This document shows positions 1-10,488 of a stretch of 32,000 nt of DNA, piece after piece. Origin of the DNA: Cylindrospermopsis raciborskii Cr2010 (lineage in GTDB: Bacteria > Cyanobacteriota > Cyanobacteriia > Cyanobacteriales > Nostocaceae). Numbering within the stretch: position 1 is the stretch's first letter; every line of letters starts with the position of its first letter. Location of the stretch: assembly GCF_003367075.2 (NCBI RefSeq), contig NZ_CP065936.1:1740001-1772000 (forward strand), read 5' to 3'. The position numbers and the translations under genes were made by a program. Below the pieces are notes generated by a model that was given only the letters and a program-made list of their open reading frames with translations, made no database searches and was not told the origin of the DNA.

Positions 1-212
1 CTATAGTTAAGAAATAATGCTAGGTCCTCTCAAAATTGCCTATGGAGGTGTAATATCCAACTATTGCCAATTTGACTAAGATTTAGGTTAGGCTAATTGC
101 TAACCTAAGCATTTATCCAAAACTTTTAGAGATAGAGTACAATAACAAGGGACAGGAAAATCTAAAGAAAATATAAAACATTCTCAAATGACCGTGGTGT
201 CTGGAGGAAAAA

Positions 213-554
213 ATGTTTCTGAGACTAGCATACGAACATAGACAATTTGTGCAAGAGTTGGTAATGAACTTACAAGCTCTGGCCATGGTTCTAGAACGCA
301 AGGGTTACCCAGCTTCTTGCTACACCTGTGGGGATCAAATGAACAGTGCTTCATTTATGGTGGGTTTGGGGAATAATCACCTCATCCGCTTTCTGGTGTC
401 TGACTATGGGATTACCTGGACCGAAATGAGGGATGACCGGGAATTGATGAAGTTAGAAGGAGCGGAAGCAATCCAACAATTACAAGAACTAGCTAATCTG
501 GTTAAACAGTCTATAGAACCTTGTACAAATCAGAAAGCTCTAATTAGGAAGTAA
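213..554 (+). CDS. Conserved cyanobacterial hypothetical protein (DUF1815-like)
   Basis: Complete 113-aa ORF. MFLRLAYEHRQFVQELVMNLQALAMVLERKGYPASCYTCGD resembles a small conserved cyanobacterial family; family assignment is from recall. Confidence 0.75.
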   Translation: MFLRLAYEHRQFVQELVMNLQALAMVLERKGYPASCYTCGDQMNSASFMVGLGNNHLIRFLVSDYGITWTEMRDDRELMKLEGAEAIQQLQELANLVKQSIEPCTNQKALIRK

Positions 555-572
555 GGAAGTTATTTTGTATAG

Positions 573-1070
573 ATGAGCAACACAACATCAGGTCAAGGAA
601 CTTTACCACCAGCAAGTGCAATTGACAAGTTAACAAAGAATGAAGTTGATACCTGGTTTGACTATCCCATCAGAGTACAACCTCATCATACGGATTATGC
701 AGGATTAGTTTGGCATGGTACATACTTAACTTGGATGGAGGAGGCACGAGTAGAGTGTTTACGCTCCTTTGGTGTTGATTATGCTGATTTGGTAGCCTTG
801 GGGTGTGATCTACCAGTTGTAGAACTGTCTATACGCTATCATATATCACTACAATTAGGGAATATGGCTTTGGTCAAAACCCGCATGTTAGAAGTTACAG
901 GTGTGCGAATCAACTGGGACTATAAAATTGTCTCCCTTGATAATCAGGAATTATGTGTAACTGCTCAAGTAAGTTTAGTAGCATTAGATAGGGAAAGGGG
1001 TAAAATTATGCGTCAGTTACCCGCCACATTCCAGGAGGTGATCGCTAAAATTGCGGCATCTTATAAGTAG
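573..1070 (+). CDS. Hot-dog fold acyl-CoA thioesterase (YbgC/4-hydroxybenzoyl-CoA thioesterase-like)
   Basis: VQPHHTDYAGLVWHGTYLTWMEEARVE matches the hot-dog thioesterase active-site motif (D-x-x-G-x-V/L-x-x-x-x-Y-x-x-x-x-E-x-A-R). Confidence 0.85.
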   Translation: MSNTTSGQGTLPPASAIDKLTKNEVDTWFDYPIRVQPHHTDYAGLVWHGTYLTWMEEARVECLRSFGVDYADLVALGCDLPVVELSIRYHISLQLGNMALVKTRMLEVTGVRINWDYKIVSLDNQELCVTAQVSLVALDRERGKIMRQLPATFQEVIAKIAASYK

Positions 1071-1152
1071 TTATAAGTTTAAGAAAGTCAAGACACTTGC
1101 CTACACCATTTCGCTAAAACTGGTGTAGGTATATGAGACAGAAATGTTACAG

Positions 1153-2343
1153 TTAGCGGACAGAAATAAATTGTGGTTGTATACTAAAATTTTCAGTGGC
1201 TTTAATTACTTCTTGTCTAGCCCACCTATCTGCTACCAGGATATCCTCTAAAGAAGGATGAGACTGGTTCTGATGGCGATCGCACACCAATTCAATACAG
1301 CGAGCAATATCCAAATAGCCAATTTTTTCTTCTAAAAATAGTGCTACAGCTTGTTCATTAGCTGCATTTAAAACAGCGGGCATAGATCCACCTGCTCTAC
1401 CAGCGGAATAAGCTAAACCCATACAAGGGTATTTGTGATGGTCTGGTTCGCGAAAAGTCAAAGTTCCGCATTTGACTAAATCCAGCCTTTGCCAATTGGT
1501 GTAAATTCTTTCTGGCCAAGACAAAGCATAAAGTAAAGGTAGGCGCATATCTGGCCAACCCAACTGAGCTAAAACAGAGGTATCTTGTAACTCAATTAAA
1601 GAATGAATAATACTTTGGGGATGAATAACAATTTCGATGTCATTGTAGTTCATACCAAATAAATAATGGGCCTCAATAACTTCCAACCCCTTATTCATCA
1701 AAGTTGCTGAATCCACAGTAATTTTTTTACCCATAGACCAGTTAGGATGTTTAAGAGCGTCTGCAACTTTAACTGTAGGTAATTGTTCCACTGGCCAATC
1801 TCTAAAAGCTCCCCCGGAAGCGGTCAACAAAATCTTTTTTAAACCAGCTGGGGGTACACCTTGTAAGCATTGAAAAATAGCGGAATGTTCCGAATCAGCA
1901 GGTAATAACTTGACCCCGTGTTTTTGTACTAGGGGTAAAACCACTGGGCCACCAGCAATTAAAGTTTCTTTATTTGCTAGAGCAATATCCTTACCCGCTT
2001 CAATAGCAGCGATAGTGGGGAGTAAACCCGCACAACCGACGATTCCAGTAACTACCGTTTGGGAGTCACCATAACGAGCGACTTCCACCACACCTGCTTC
2101 CCCGGATAGTAAAATAGGTTGGGGGTAGATATCTTTGATAGCTTCCTCCAGCTCCTGTAACTTATCAGCACAGGAGATAGCAGCTATTTGGGGACGAAAC
2201 TGGCGGATTTGCGCTGCAAATAACTCTACATTACGTCCAGCAGCAAGACCAACTATGCGAAACTTGTCTGGATGCTCAGAAACGATATCTAAGGTCTGAG
2301 TACCAATAGAACCAGTAGAACCTAGAAGAGTTATAGCTTTCAC
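1153..2343 (-). CDS. dxr: 1-deoxy-D-xylulose 5-phosphate reductoisomerase
   Basis: [24 protein letters not shown]-binding motif, [40 protein letters not shown]. The ORF track opens at 2400, but a GTG at 2343-2341 ([16 protein letters not shown]) fits the family N-terminus better. Confidence 0.97.
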   Translation of the reverse strand: MKAITLLGSTGSIGTQTLDIVSEHPDKFRIVGLAAGRNVELFAAQIRQFRPQIAAISCADKLQELEEAIKDIYPQPILLSGEAGVVEVARYGDSQTVVTGIVGCAGLLPTIAAIEAGKDIALANKETLIAGGPVVLPLVQKHGVKLLPADSEHSAIFQCLQGVPPAGLKKILLTASGGAFRDWPVEQLPTVKVADALKHPNWSMGKKITVDSATLMNKGLEVIEAHYLFGMNYNDIEIVIHPQSIIHSLIELQDTSVLAQLGWPDMRLPLLYALSWPERIYTNWQRLDLVKCGTLTFREPDHHKYPCMGLAYSAGRAGGSMPAVLNAANEQAVALFLEEKIGYLDIARCIELVCDRHQNQSHPSLEDILVADRWARQEVIKATENFSIQPQFISVR

Positions 2344-2783
2344 AATGATTGAACAATTTACGGATACTCCTAATTTTAAGCTTCTCCGGTCTAAAGACAC
2401 GGAGATTTCTGAAGAGTCTATAAACGAACTTTCTGAGGCTGGCTTAAACAGCCTCTACTGATTCTGCTAAAATTAATTCTTAGCATTACCGCTACTTTAA
2501 GTTGATTTCGAAAGTATAGCCTCAGATAAGACTTACTTGTCAATAGCAGCCACAAAATAACATAAAGACAACACTGGAATATTGAAGATCCGCATCACGG
2601 TTAAATATCAAGGCGAATAAATTCGCCGTTGGCACTTCCTGTCTAAAGCCAATTCTATAACTGTAGCCACCTGCAAGGATTATAACGCCCATCCAGGAGC
2701 CATATTTTATTAAAAGCAATAAATTCTTTAGTATTTGGTAATATCTAATATGTTTTGTTTATGTTTAATTCTCTTGTTTATAT

Positions 2784-4127
2784 ATGACCAAGGGTCAATT
2801 TGCCGGTTACAAACCAATTAATCACAAGCTGTTTAGTTACAACTTCATTAGTAATTATCTTGGTAGGGATAACATATATTTCCCTGTAGTTGTATGGCTA
2901 TTGAGTCGGCTCATGATTTGGGCAGGAATGTTGCTAATTGCACCTAGCATATCAATAACGGATAACAGCGTTTTTGAGCATGGTACATGGAGTATTTTTG
3001 ACGCTTGGGACAGTGTGCATTATCGGGCGATCGCCACTAGTGGTTACGAGTTTTACCCTGATGGTCAACAATATAATCTAGCTTTTTTTCCTATGTTTCC
3101 CCTAACCATTTGGGTTTTAATGAAACTCGGGTTACCTTTTGAAATAGCTGGTTTATTAATCAACAATTTGTCTTTTTTAGGAGCGGTTTACCTATTATAT
3201 TTTTGGGTTAAAAAACATTGTAGTTTAAGGATAGCGCAATGGACAATTATAGTCATTTGTTGTTGTCCCATGTCCATGTTTACGGGGGTAATTTACACAG
3301 AAGGATTATATTTATTATTCAGCATTGGTTGTTTAAGAGCTTTTGATGAAGAAAAATATAGCTTAACTGCCTTTTGGGGAGCTATGGCAACTGCTACACG
3401 TCCTACGGGAATGGCTTTAATTCCTGCTTTATTGCTGACTGCTTGGAGACAAAGGCGGGGTAAAATAGCCTATTTTACCAGTTTGTTAACTGCTACTGGG
3501 TTAATATTATTTAGCATATATTGTGCGATTAATTTTCATGATCCCTTAGCCTTTATTGCTGCTCAAAAAGGATGGCGACCATCTCTTGGTTTTGATTGGC
3601 AAGGTTGGTTAAATATGTTGATGCAAATTATTTTGGGGAGAAATTGGAATTTTGGGTGGGTATGGAACGATGATGGAGGAATTAGGGATCCTTGGTATCC
3701 CGTATTTTTTGGTTTTATGGTTTATGGCACAGTCACTTTGTGGTTGCGGCAAAAATATTGGCATCCCTTCATGATATATTTGGTTTATACCACATTAGCA
3801 GTGTTATTGATTTTAGTGGATCAGAGGGTGATCAACAATTTGCTCAATGTTTTAATGGTGGTAGGTGGTAGTTATTTAGTGTGGCATTTTCGTCGCAAAC
3901 TCACACCTGTCATGGTCATTTATAGTTTGTGTGGAGTCGGTTTATTATTAGCTTCTGGAGGAACCATCTCTTTAAGTCGTCTAGCTTATGGTATTGTTCC
4001 TTTAAGCATTGCTATTGGTGCTTGGTTGTCCCGATTTCCCCGTCAAGCTTATCTATCTGTCGGTTTATTTGTGGTTTTACTCTTTAGGTTAGCTATAGGA
4101 TTCGCTCAACATCATTGGGTGGGTTAA
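2784..4127 (+). CDS. PIG-V-like mannosyltransferase family (GT-C) integral membrane protein
   Basis: 447 aa, multi-TM. FDAWDSVHYRAIATSGYEF...YNLAFFPMFPL, YTEGLYLLFS and ATRPTGMALIP are PIG-V-type motifs. Paralogous to 5744-7006. Confidence 0.8.
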   Translation: MTKGQFAGYKPINHKLFSYNFISNYLGRDNIYFPVVVWLLSRLMIWAGMLLIAPSISITDNSVFEHGTWSIFDAWDSVHYRAIATSGYEFYPDGQQYNLAFFPMFPLTIWVLMKLGLPFEIAGLLINNLSFLGAVYLLYFWVKKHCSLRIAQWTIIVICCCPMSMFTGVIYTEGLYLLFSIGCLRAFDEEKYSLTAFWGAMATATRPTGMALIPALLLTAWRQRRGKIAYFTSLLTATGLILFSIYCAINFHDPLAFIAAQKGWRPSLGFDWQGWLNMLMQIILGRNWNFGWVWNDDGGIRDPWYPVFFGFMVYGTVTLWLRQKYWHPFMIYLVYTTLAVLLILVDQRVINNLLNVLMVVGGSYLVWHFRRKLTPVMVIYSLCGVGLLLASGGTISLSRLAYGIVPLSIAIGAWLSRFPRQAYLSVGLFVVLLFRLAIGFAQHHWVG

Positions 4128-4181
4128 AGTATGGAAGCTTATTGAAGTTTAATTATTGATTCGAGTGAGTATAAATCAAAC

Positions 4182-5735
4182 ATGAATTTTTTTTGGAATC
4201 TGCTGACTCAGAATAATACTGTATTTGCCAAAATTCTAACAGGGTTATTTTTTATAGTTGGACTACCTGCTATACTTCATCATGCTATGTGGCGTGATGA
4301 ACTGAATGTTTGGTTGATTGTTAGGGAAAGTCAGTCCTTATTGGAATTATTCCATCACATTCATTATGAGGGACATCCTTTTGTTTGGTATGTTTGTTTA
4401 GCGATTTTAAGACAATTTACAACTAATCCTGTAATCATGCAAGTATTTCACTTGTGTTTAGCCACATTGTCAGTCTATGTGTTTACCAGATATTCACCAT
4501 TTAGTTATTTTCAAAAATTGTTGTTTTGCTTGGGCTATATTCCTTTTTATGAATATTTACTAATCAGCAGAAATTATGCTATAGGACTATTACTAGTTTT
4601 TATATTTTGTAGTCTCTATTCTAGTCGTCAACAGAGTTACCTTAAATTGGCAGTGGTTTTATTTTTTATGGCTAATGTTAATGCTTATTGTTTATTATTG
4701 GCAATAGCATTTAGTCTAACGTTGGTAATAGAATATATTTGTAGGCAATTTTTACATCTAAATCTTGTGGCTAAAAAACATGATATAGTTGTAAGTAGTT
4801 TAATAATTTCCCTGGGTATTATTATCTCATTTCTACAGCTGATTCCGCCCCAAGATAGTAACTTGGCTGGAGGGTTATCCGGGTTTGTATTAAACTTTGA
4901 CTTTAACCATTTAACTAAGACTTTAGTTAGATTATGGAATAGTTATATTATTGTTGTTTTAGCTAATGAATCTGAACAATTCAGTCTCATTCTACTTTCT
5001 GTTTTGTCCATAATATTTTTTCTGGTTTTCAGCATTTCTTTCATAGTCAGACCAATTATTTTATTTCTTTACATAGTGGGAACAATGGAGATACTTGTAT
5101 TTACTTATGTTAAATTTTTAGGTAGCCCACGTCATTATGGACATTTATATATTTTGTTAATTGTCTGTATCTGGCTTAGTAGTTATTATCATTCATTATT
5201 TTCCTTATCAAGCGTAACTGTTTTACCAAAAACAGTAGTTCAAGCAGCAAAACTGAAAAAGTCATATTATAATATAGCAATTATGGTAATTTTATATTGC
5301 CAAATGGTAGGGGGAGTATTTGCTTTTAGTCGAGATATTATTATTCCTTTCTCATCTAGTAAGGAAGCATCTGCTTATATCAAAGACCAATATCAAGATA
5401 AATTAAATGACTTGTTTATTGTTGGTAGTAGAGATTATGCCATATCCCCAATTTCTGCATATATTAATCGTCAGATTTATTACCCGGAAATCTCAAAAAT
5501 GGGCAGTTTTGTTTTATTCACCACTAAGAGGAAGGAGATTAATCATATAGAAGTTCTAAGCCAAGTAAATCAAATATGCCAAAAAGAATTAAATCCATTA
5601 CTTTTGATTTTAAATAGACCTTTGGAACTCAACCATGCTAAATTGAAGATTGATTTGATTGAGAAGTTTACTAAGGGGTTTATTTATGATGAGCGATATT
5701 ATTTGTACTCTGTTACAAAACGAACTGTTGAGTAA
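4182..5735 (+). CDS. Multi-pass membrane protein, candidate GT-C glycosyltransferase
   Basis: 517 aa, strongly hydrophobic. MWRDELNVWLIVRESQSLLELFHHIHYEGHPFVWYVCL has an early loop with acidic residues as in GT-C enzymes. Genomic context supports this. Confidence 0.6.
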   Translation: MNFFWNLLTQNNTVFAKILTGLFFIVGLPAILHHAMWRDELNVWLIVRESQSLLELFHHIHYEGHPFVWYVCLAILRQFTTNPVIMQVFHLCLATLSVYVFTRYSPFSYFQKLLFCLGYIPFYEYLLISRNYAIGLLLVFIFCSLYSSRQQSYLKLAVVLFFMANVNAYCLLLAIAFSLTLVIEYICRQFLHLNLVAKKHDIVVSSLIISLGIIISFLQLIPPQDSNLAGGLSGFVLNFDFNHLTKTLVRLWNSYIIVVLANESEQFSLILLSVLSIIFFLVFSISFIVRPIILFLYIVGTMEILVFTYVKFLGSPRHYGHLYILLIVCIWLSSYYHSLFSLSSVTVLPKTVVQAAKLKKSYYNIAIMVILYCQMVGGVFAFSRDIIIPFSSSKEASAYIKDQYQDKLNDLFIVGSRDYAISPISAYINRQIYYPEISKMGSFVLFTTKRKEINHIEVLSQVNQICQKELNPLLLILNRPLELNHAKLKIDLIEKFTKGFIYDERYYLYSVTKRTVE

Positions 5736-5743
5736 GATTTTTA

Positions 5744-7006
5744 TTAAGCTACCCATAAACCTTGGGCAAATCTAATTGATGAAGTAATTAACATAATTAT
5801 AAACCACAATATAATGAAGTAGTTCAGTTTAACATGACGGGATAAAAATATTCCCCAACATATTGCCAAAGAAACACAACCATAAGCGAATCTGTTAATG
5901 GACATTGTTCTCCCGGTAGCAAAAATAATAAATAAACTAAATATTCCATAAAATAGGATAGTCGGGGAAATTATTTGACGATAATGCCATAATAAATAAG
6001 CACCACCAAAAACTAGTAAAGAATTGAAAAATTCATCACCCGACAAAAGCCATAAAACAATTATCCCAGCAATCATACCATAGCTGAATTTGTAATTACC
6101 TGTCCGCCTAACTTTCCACCAACAATAATAAATTAAACCCACACCAAGAGCAAATATAAGAGGATAGATAATATCAACCAACCTACCTGATTTATAATTT
6201 GCCCAACCGAAAAACATGGGTAAGAATATTTTTAACCACAAATAACCCAACTTTTCCTGTCCTTCTTGAGTCCATGCTTTTTGTACTAATAAAAATGCCA
6301 AAGGTTGATCAAACTTAATTTTTAAATACCCCATATAAAAGATTAAACCTAATCCAGTTAACAGGGCGGCGATATAAGCGGTTAATTTTCTTTTTTCTTG
6401 CCAACAAACAATTAAATATGTAGGAATTATAGCCAAAGAATTTAGTCTAGTTGCTGTTAATAACATTCCAAAAATAGACGACTTTAAAACATCTGGTTTC
6501 GTCCAGTAAGTTAGGGTCAAGGTGCTCAAGCATAAAAATAAACCTTCTGTATAGACCACACTACAATATAATGAAATCGGACAGAAAGATAAAAATGCTA
6601 TAGTCCATTTAGCTATATTTATGTCATGTTTTTTTGCTAAGTAGTGAAATAAAATAATTAGGGCAATTAGAAAAGCTGTATTACTAATTATAATTCCTGC
6701 TATCTTAGGTTCAAAACCTATAAGTTTACTGAAATATATCAGAGTGGGATATAAGGGGAAAAATGCCACATTATAACCTTTTTCATCATTAGCAAATTGG
6801 TAACCATGTTCAACTATATTCAAATAAAAGTTACAATCAAATCTAATAAAAACATCCCAGGAAAAAGTCGCCCTAATGTCTTTAACCGGTTGAGGTAGTA
6901 ATGGTGCTATTCCCAGCATTGATACCCAAATAATTATGCGACTTGATAACCACATAAAGAAGGGAAAATAGGACTTATTCGCTTTGTTGACTAAATACTT
7001 CATCAT
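5744..7006 (-). CDS. PIG-V-like mannosyltransferase family (GT-C) integral membrane protein
   Basis: 420 aa. RFDCNFYLNIVEHGYQF...YNVAFFPLYPT, VVYTEGLFLCLS and ATRLNSLAIIP align with 2784-4127. Its start overlaps the stop of the upstream gene (ATGATGA). Confidence 0.78.
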   Translation of the reverse strand: MMKYLVNKANKSYFPFFMWLSSRIIIWVSMLGIAPLLPQPVKDIRATFSWDVFIRFDCNFYLNIVEHGYQFANDEKGYNVAFFPLYPTLIYFSKLIGFEPKIAGIIISNTAFLIALIILFHYLAKKHDINIAKWTIAFLSFCPISLYCSVVYTEGLFLCLSTLTLTYWTKPDVLKSSIFGMLLTATRLNSLAIIPTYLIVCWQEKRKLTAYIAALLTGLGLIFYMGYLKIKFDQPLAFLLVQKAWTQEGQEKLGYLWLKIFLPMFFGWANYKSGRLVDIIYPLIFALGVGLIYYCWWKVRRTGNYKFSYGMIAGIIVLWLLSGDEFFNSLLVFGGAYLLWHYRQIISPTILFYGIFSLFIIFATGRTMSINRFAYGCVSLAICWGIFLSRHVKLNYFIILWFIIMLITSSIRFAQGLWVA

Positions 7007-8610
7007 AGTTTATTGGTAGATGAACTTGGACTCGTTGGCGCAATTAATCTAAATCCTTGGGATTTTCCTAGGACTCGACTATTTTTTAAGTTGATTTTAC
7101 CTAAATCCTCTTCATTCACTAACAAAAAAGAGTGAGAAGAAAACTTATCTACTAAATCCCCAAGAGAGGTGGGGATAATCTGACAATCACTATAGAAATC
7201 CAAACTGGGACGACTATCAGGAAAAGAAGTATATATTTTTTGCCCCGCTGGAATATGTTGACGAATTAAACCTGCTACTGGTTGGACAGGGAATTTTTCA
7301 TTCAATTCCCACACCCAAGATTGGGAAATCATCAGCAGTGTTAAAACCAAATACATTCCCCCAAATAAAACCGGGATAAATTGACGACTGTGCTGAGAAA
7401 TAAACCACGATGTGATAACCATACTGATTGTCAACACCACGCTCATAAGAATCAATGGAACCTGGCGGTCAAATAAACTAAAATAAATACAACCCCCCAC
7501 ACCAGCAACTGATAAAAATATAAAAAATCCTATTAAAAATTTAATTGTTAATGGGGTTTTTAAAAACTTACCAAGACTATGTTCCTCCCAGGTATAACTT
7601 AAATTAACACCAACTGCCAAAGCCAAAAATGGATATATGGGCATGATATACCAAGGTAATTTGGTACTCATTAAAGAAACTATAGTAAAATAAATGACCG
7701 TACCAATAAATACTAAAGATCCCCAAGGAGTTTGACGGTTTTTCCAACTTAAATATAATCCTCCGGGGAAAAATAACAGCCAGGGAAAACCATATTTAAT
7801 TATCTCCAGTAAATAATACCAAACAGGGCCAGTATTACCCTCCACTGCTGTTCCTAGTCTATCAAAAGCCTGATCTTCAAAATGCACCTTGAGAAAGGTA
7901 TCACCATAATGTTGCCATTGGGCTATATACCAACCTAAAGCAGGAAAATTCCCTAAAAATATCCCTATCCAAAAGTATGGGTTTCTCAGTAGATCTAGTT
8001 GTTTATTAGCAATGACAAATGTCCCACTAATTAGCACAAATACCATTACCAACATACCCTTTGTCAGAGTAACTAACCCTAGACAAAATCCTATGCCAAT
8101 AGCATATCTTTTATTATCTCTTGCTTTTAAAACACAGAATAAAAGCATTAGAAAAAAGGAAATTGCCATTCCGTCTAACATTGCCAGTCTACCATGACGT
8201 ACCACTGGTAATAATGTTAAATAAACTAGGCTGGAAAATAAAGCTGGTGGGGTTTTTAAAAACACTAATCTCCCAATTAAGTAGATTAGGGGAACTCCTA
8301 AAGCAGTTAAAAACGCTGCGGGAAATCTGGTTGTAAATTCTCCCACTCCCCCTAGGTGATAACAGATGGCTATTAACCATTGCATTAAAGGGGGTTTGAG
8401 CAAAAAAGGAGACCTCTGTAAGGTGGGATAAAACCAGTTACCAGTACGGTAAATTTCTCTAGCAACTATACCGTATGTTCCCTCATCCCAGTCTCTTAAT
8501 GGTAGGTTCCCTAAACCTACTAGCCATAAGGTCAGTGAGAGGAATAATAATCCTAGCACTATCCATTTGTCACCCATTTCTATTTGAGATTGTCTTGGAA
8601 ATTTTAACAT
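7003..8610 (-). CDS. ArnT/PMT-like glycosyltransferase (GT39 family)
   Basis: 535 aa. LPLRDWDEGTYGIVAREIYRTGNWFYPTLQRSPFLLKPPLMQWLIAICYHLGG is the classic ArnT/GT39 first-loop signature. Confidence 0.9.
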   Translation of the reverse strand: MLKFPRQSQIEMGDKWIVLGLLFLSLTLWLVGLGNLPLRDWDEGTYGIVAREIYRTGNWFYPTLQRSPFLLKPPLMQWLIAICYHLGGVGEFTTRFPAAFLTALGVPLIYLIGRLVFLKTPPALFSSLVYLTLLPVVRHGRLAMLDGMAISFFLMLLFCVLKARDNKRYAIGIGFCLGLVTLTKGMLVMVFVLISGTFVIANKQLDLLRNPYFWIGIFLGNFPALGWYIAQWQHYGDTFLKVHFEDQAFDRLGTAVEGNTGPVWYYLLEIIKYGFPWLLFFPGGLYLSWKNRQTPWGSLVFIGTVIYFTIVSLMSTKLPWYIMPIYPFLALAVGVNLSYTWEEHSLGKFLKTPLTIKFLIGFFIFLSVAGVGGCIYFSLFDRQVPLILMSVVLTISMVITSWFISQHSRQFIPVLFGGMYLVLTLLMISQSWVWELNEKFPVQPVAGLIRQHIPAGQKIYTSFPDSRPSLDFYSDCQIIPTSLGDLVDKFSSHSFLLVNEEDLGKINLKNSRVLGKSQGFRLIAPTSPSSSTNKL

Positions 8611-8667
8611 TTGATTTAAGTAGATTATTCCATTAGATATATTTGATGGTTGAAATTAGAAATTTCC
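8576..8667. repeat. Duplicated junction segment, copy 1
   Basis: About 91% identical (7 mismatches, 1 gap over ~93 bp) to 10541-10633. Confidence 0.9.
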
Positions 8668-8699
8668 GTTTCATTAGTTACTTCCCAGTCAATAAATCA
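8666..8699. repeat. Duplicated upstream segment of the 10622-13162 gene, copy 1 (scar)
   Basis: CCGTTTCATTAGTTACTTCCCAGTCAATAAATCA is 33/34 identical to 13154-13187. Confidence 0.88.
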
Positions 8700-8774
8700 T
8701 TATAGCAGTTGAAGCAAGAGATTCAGGATAGGATACAACTACACCGTGCTGACTGAACTGGGAAAGGAATTAGA

Positions 8775-10445
8775 GTGAAAATTCATAAATGGGCGATCGC
8801 CATATTATTGTGGGGTTTTGTTTTTCGGATGACTTGTGCGATCTATCTCAATACAGGCCTTGACGAAGCTTACTATTACCTGTATACCCAAAATCTCGAC
8901 TGGAGCTATTTCGATCATCCGCCCCTTGTCGCTTTTACTACAGGAATAGGCGTATGGCTGACAGGTGAAGTGACACCATTTACGATCAGAATTGGTGGAG
9001 TTGTACTGTATACAGGAACCCTAATTTTTTCCTATTTAGCTAGTCGCAAACTATTTGGTGATCGCGTCGCCACATTAACTTTAGTAATTTTGACGACTAT
9101 TCCGATTTTCCAAATTGCCTTTGGGATTCTCACACTACCAGACAACGCCTTAATGTTTTTCTGGAGTATCTGTTTGTGGCTGTGTGCTACTGAATTTTTT
9201 CCCTCTGGTGAGTCCTATGACCCTATTTATGACACAAGGCCCTATAGACCCACTTATAAACTTGCGCTTGTTGGCTTGCTAGTGGGCCTATCATTTTTAG
9301 GGAAGTATCATGGAGCATTGCTAGGCTGCGGCTTAGTTTTGTTTTGCCTGATTAGTAATCGATACCGTTGCGCTCTATTCTCCATCTGGACATTGGTAGC
9401 AGTCGTGCTATTTCTCATTGCCATTTCCCCCGTGCTGTATTGGAACTCACAGCATGAATGGACTTCTTTTCGATTCCAAAGTGGTCGTGCAGTTCCTTCT
9501 GTTGGCTATAATCTGGAACGTCTTTTAGTCACAATTTTAGTGGGGATTGGCTATCTATTTCCTACTTTTGGCTTTCCAATCTGGTGGACAAGTTTCCGTA
9601 CCTTTTGGGAGTGGTTACCCTTCAATAAATCTCAAACCCCTTCTAATTATGCTCATACTAAGAACATAGAACCAGAGGCGATCATGATAAATCAGCTTGC
9701 TCATGATCTAGTGGTTCAAAAGCGCTTGCTGATATTATGTGTGTCGATGCCAATCTTCTTTGGTTTTACCTTTATGGGTGGCTTTATCCAAATCCTTCCC
9801 TCATGGCATATGCCCGGATTTTTTGGGGCCACACTTTTGTTAGGCGAACGTGCAGCATTAGTGCAAGTCAAGCGTCCCAAATTTATCCGCAATTGGCTTT
9901 GGGGTTCGGGAATGGTAATTTTGCCACTGTTGCTCATTAGCTTGCTCCATATCCATTGGGGTATCGCGCAGAAGGGAGGCAATGTGGCGATCGCCGGCGG
10001 ATTCTGGGAAGCTAAGGATGATCCTTCCACGCAAATGATTGATATTGAACAGTTACGACAAGCATTTTTGGATTCACCTGACTTAAAAGCGGAATTAGAA
10101 AAAGCAGATTTTGTCTTTAGCAATAATTTCTTTGTAGCGGGACAAGTGGGTATGGCGATTGAGCCTCTCGGCAAAAAAGTGACCTGTTTCGACGAGGATT
10201 TGAGAGGTTTTGCTTATTGGAGTCAGGCCACAGATTTTGTTGGCAAAACTTCTCTGTATGTCACTTCTGAGCAGTTTATGATGGATGAGCACTTTCCGCA
10301 ACCGCTAGATAAATATAAAGGTTACTTTAAATCCTTAGAAAAGATTGCTGATATCGCCATTAAGCGAGGTGGGCAAGCTGTTCAGATTTTCCCAGTCTAT
10401 CGTGCTTCCCCCATGCTCAAACCCTATCCCAGACCCTATGGTTAA
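8775..10445 (+). CDS. ArnT/PMT-like glycosyltransferase (GT39 family)
   Basis: 556 aa, GTG start. NTGLDEAYYYLYTQNLDWSYFDHPPLVAFTTGIGVWLTG matches the GT39 D-E-x-Y-Y...D-H-P-P motif. Confidence 0.9.
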   Translation: MKIHKWAIAILLWGFVFRMTCAIYLNTGLDEAYYYLYTQNLDWSYFDHPPLVAFTTGIGVWLTGEVTPFTIRIGGVVLYTGTLIFSYLASRKLFGDRVATLTLVILTTIPIFQIAFGILTLPDNALMFFWSICLWLCATEFFPSGESYDPIYDTRPYRPTYKLALVGLLVGLSFLGKYHGALLGCGLVLFCLISNRYRCALFSIWTLVAVVLFLIAISPVLYWNSQHEWTSFRFQSGRAVPSVGYNLERLLVTILVGIGYLFPTFGFPIWWTSFRTFWEWLPFNKSQTPSNYAHTKNIEPEAIMINQLAHDLVVQKRLLILCVSMPIFFGFTFMGGFIQILPSWHMPGFFGATLLLGERAALVQVKRPKFIRNWLWGSGMVILPLLLISLLHIHWGIAQKGGNVAIAGGFWEAKDDPSTQMIDIEQLRQAFLDSPDLKAELEKADFVFSNNFFVAGQVGMAIEPLGKKVTCFDEDLRGFAYWSQATDFVGKTSLYVTSEQFMMDEHFPQPLDKYKGYFKSLEKIADIAIKRGGQAVQIFPVYRASPMLKPYPRPYG

Positions 10446-10488
10446 ATGAAAGCTCTAACTTAACTGGACAGGTTCGGAGACCGTTTTT

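Noticed and set aside
2540-2767. Minus-strand stop-to-stop open stretch (…KNLLLLIKYGSWMGVIILAGGYSYRIGFRQEVPTANLFALIFNRDADLQYSSVVFMLFCGCY*)
   Set aside because: First ATG gives only about 50 aa, with no recognisable family and no further support. Could be a decayed gene end but not claimable without a database search.
8793-8802. GCGATCGC octamers scattered through the window (e.g. near 1270, 3025, 8793, 9993, 15919, 16483, 17033, 21957, 25321, 29660)
   Set aside because: These are the well-known HIP1 sequences abundant in many cyanobacteria; not specific to any feature here.
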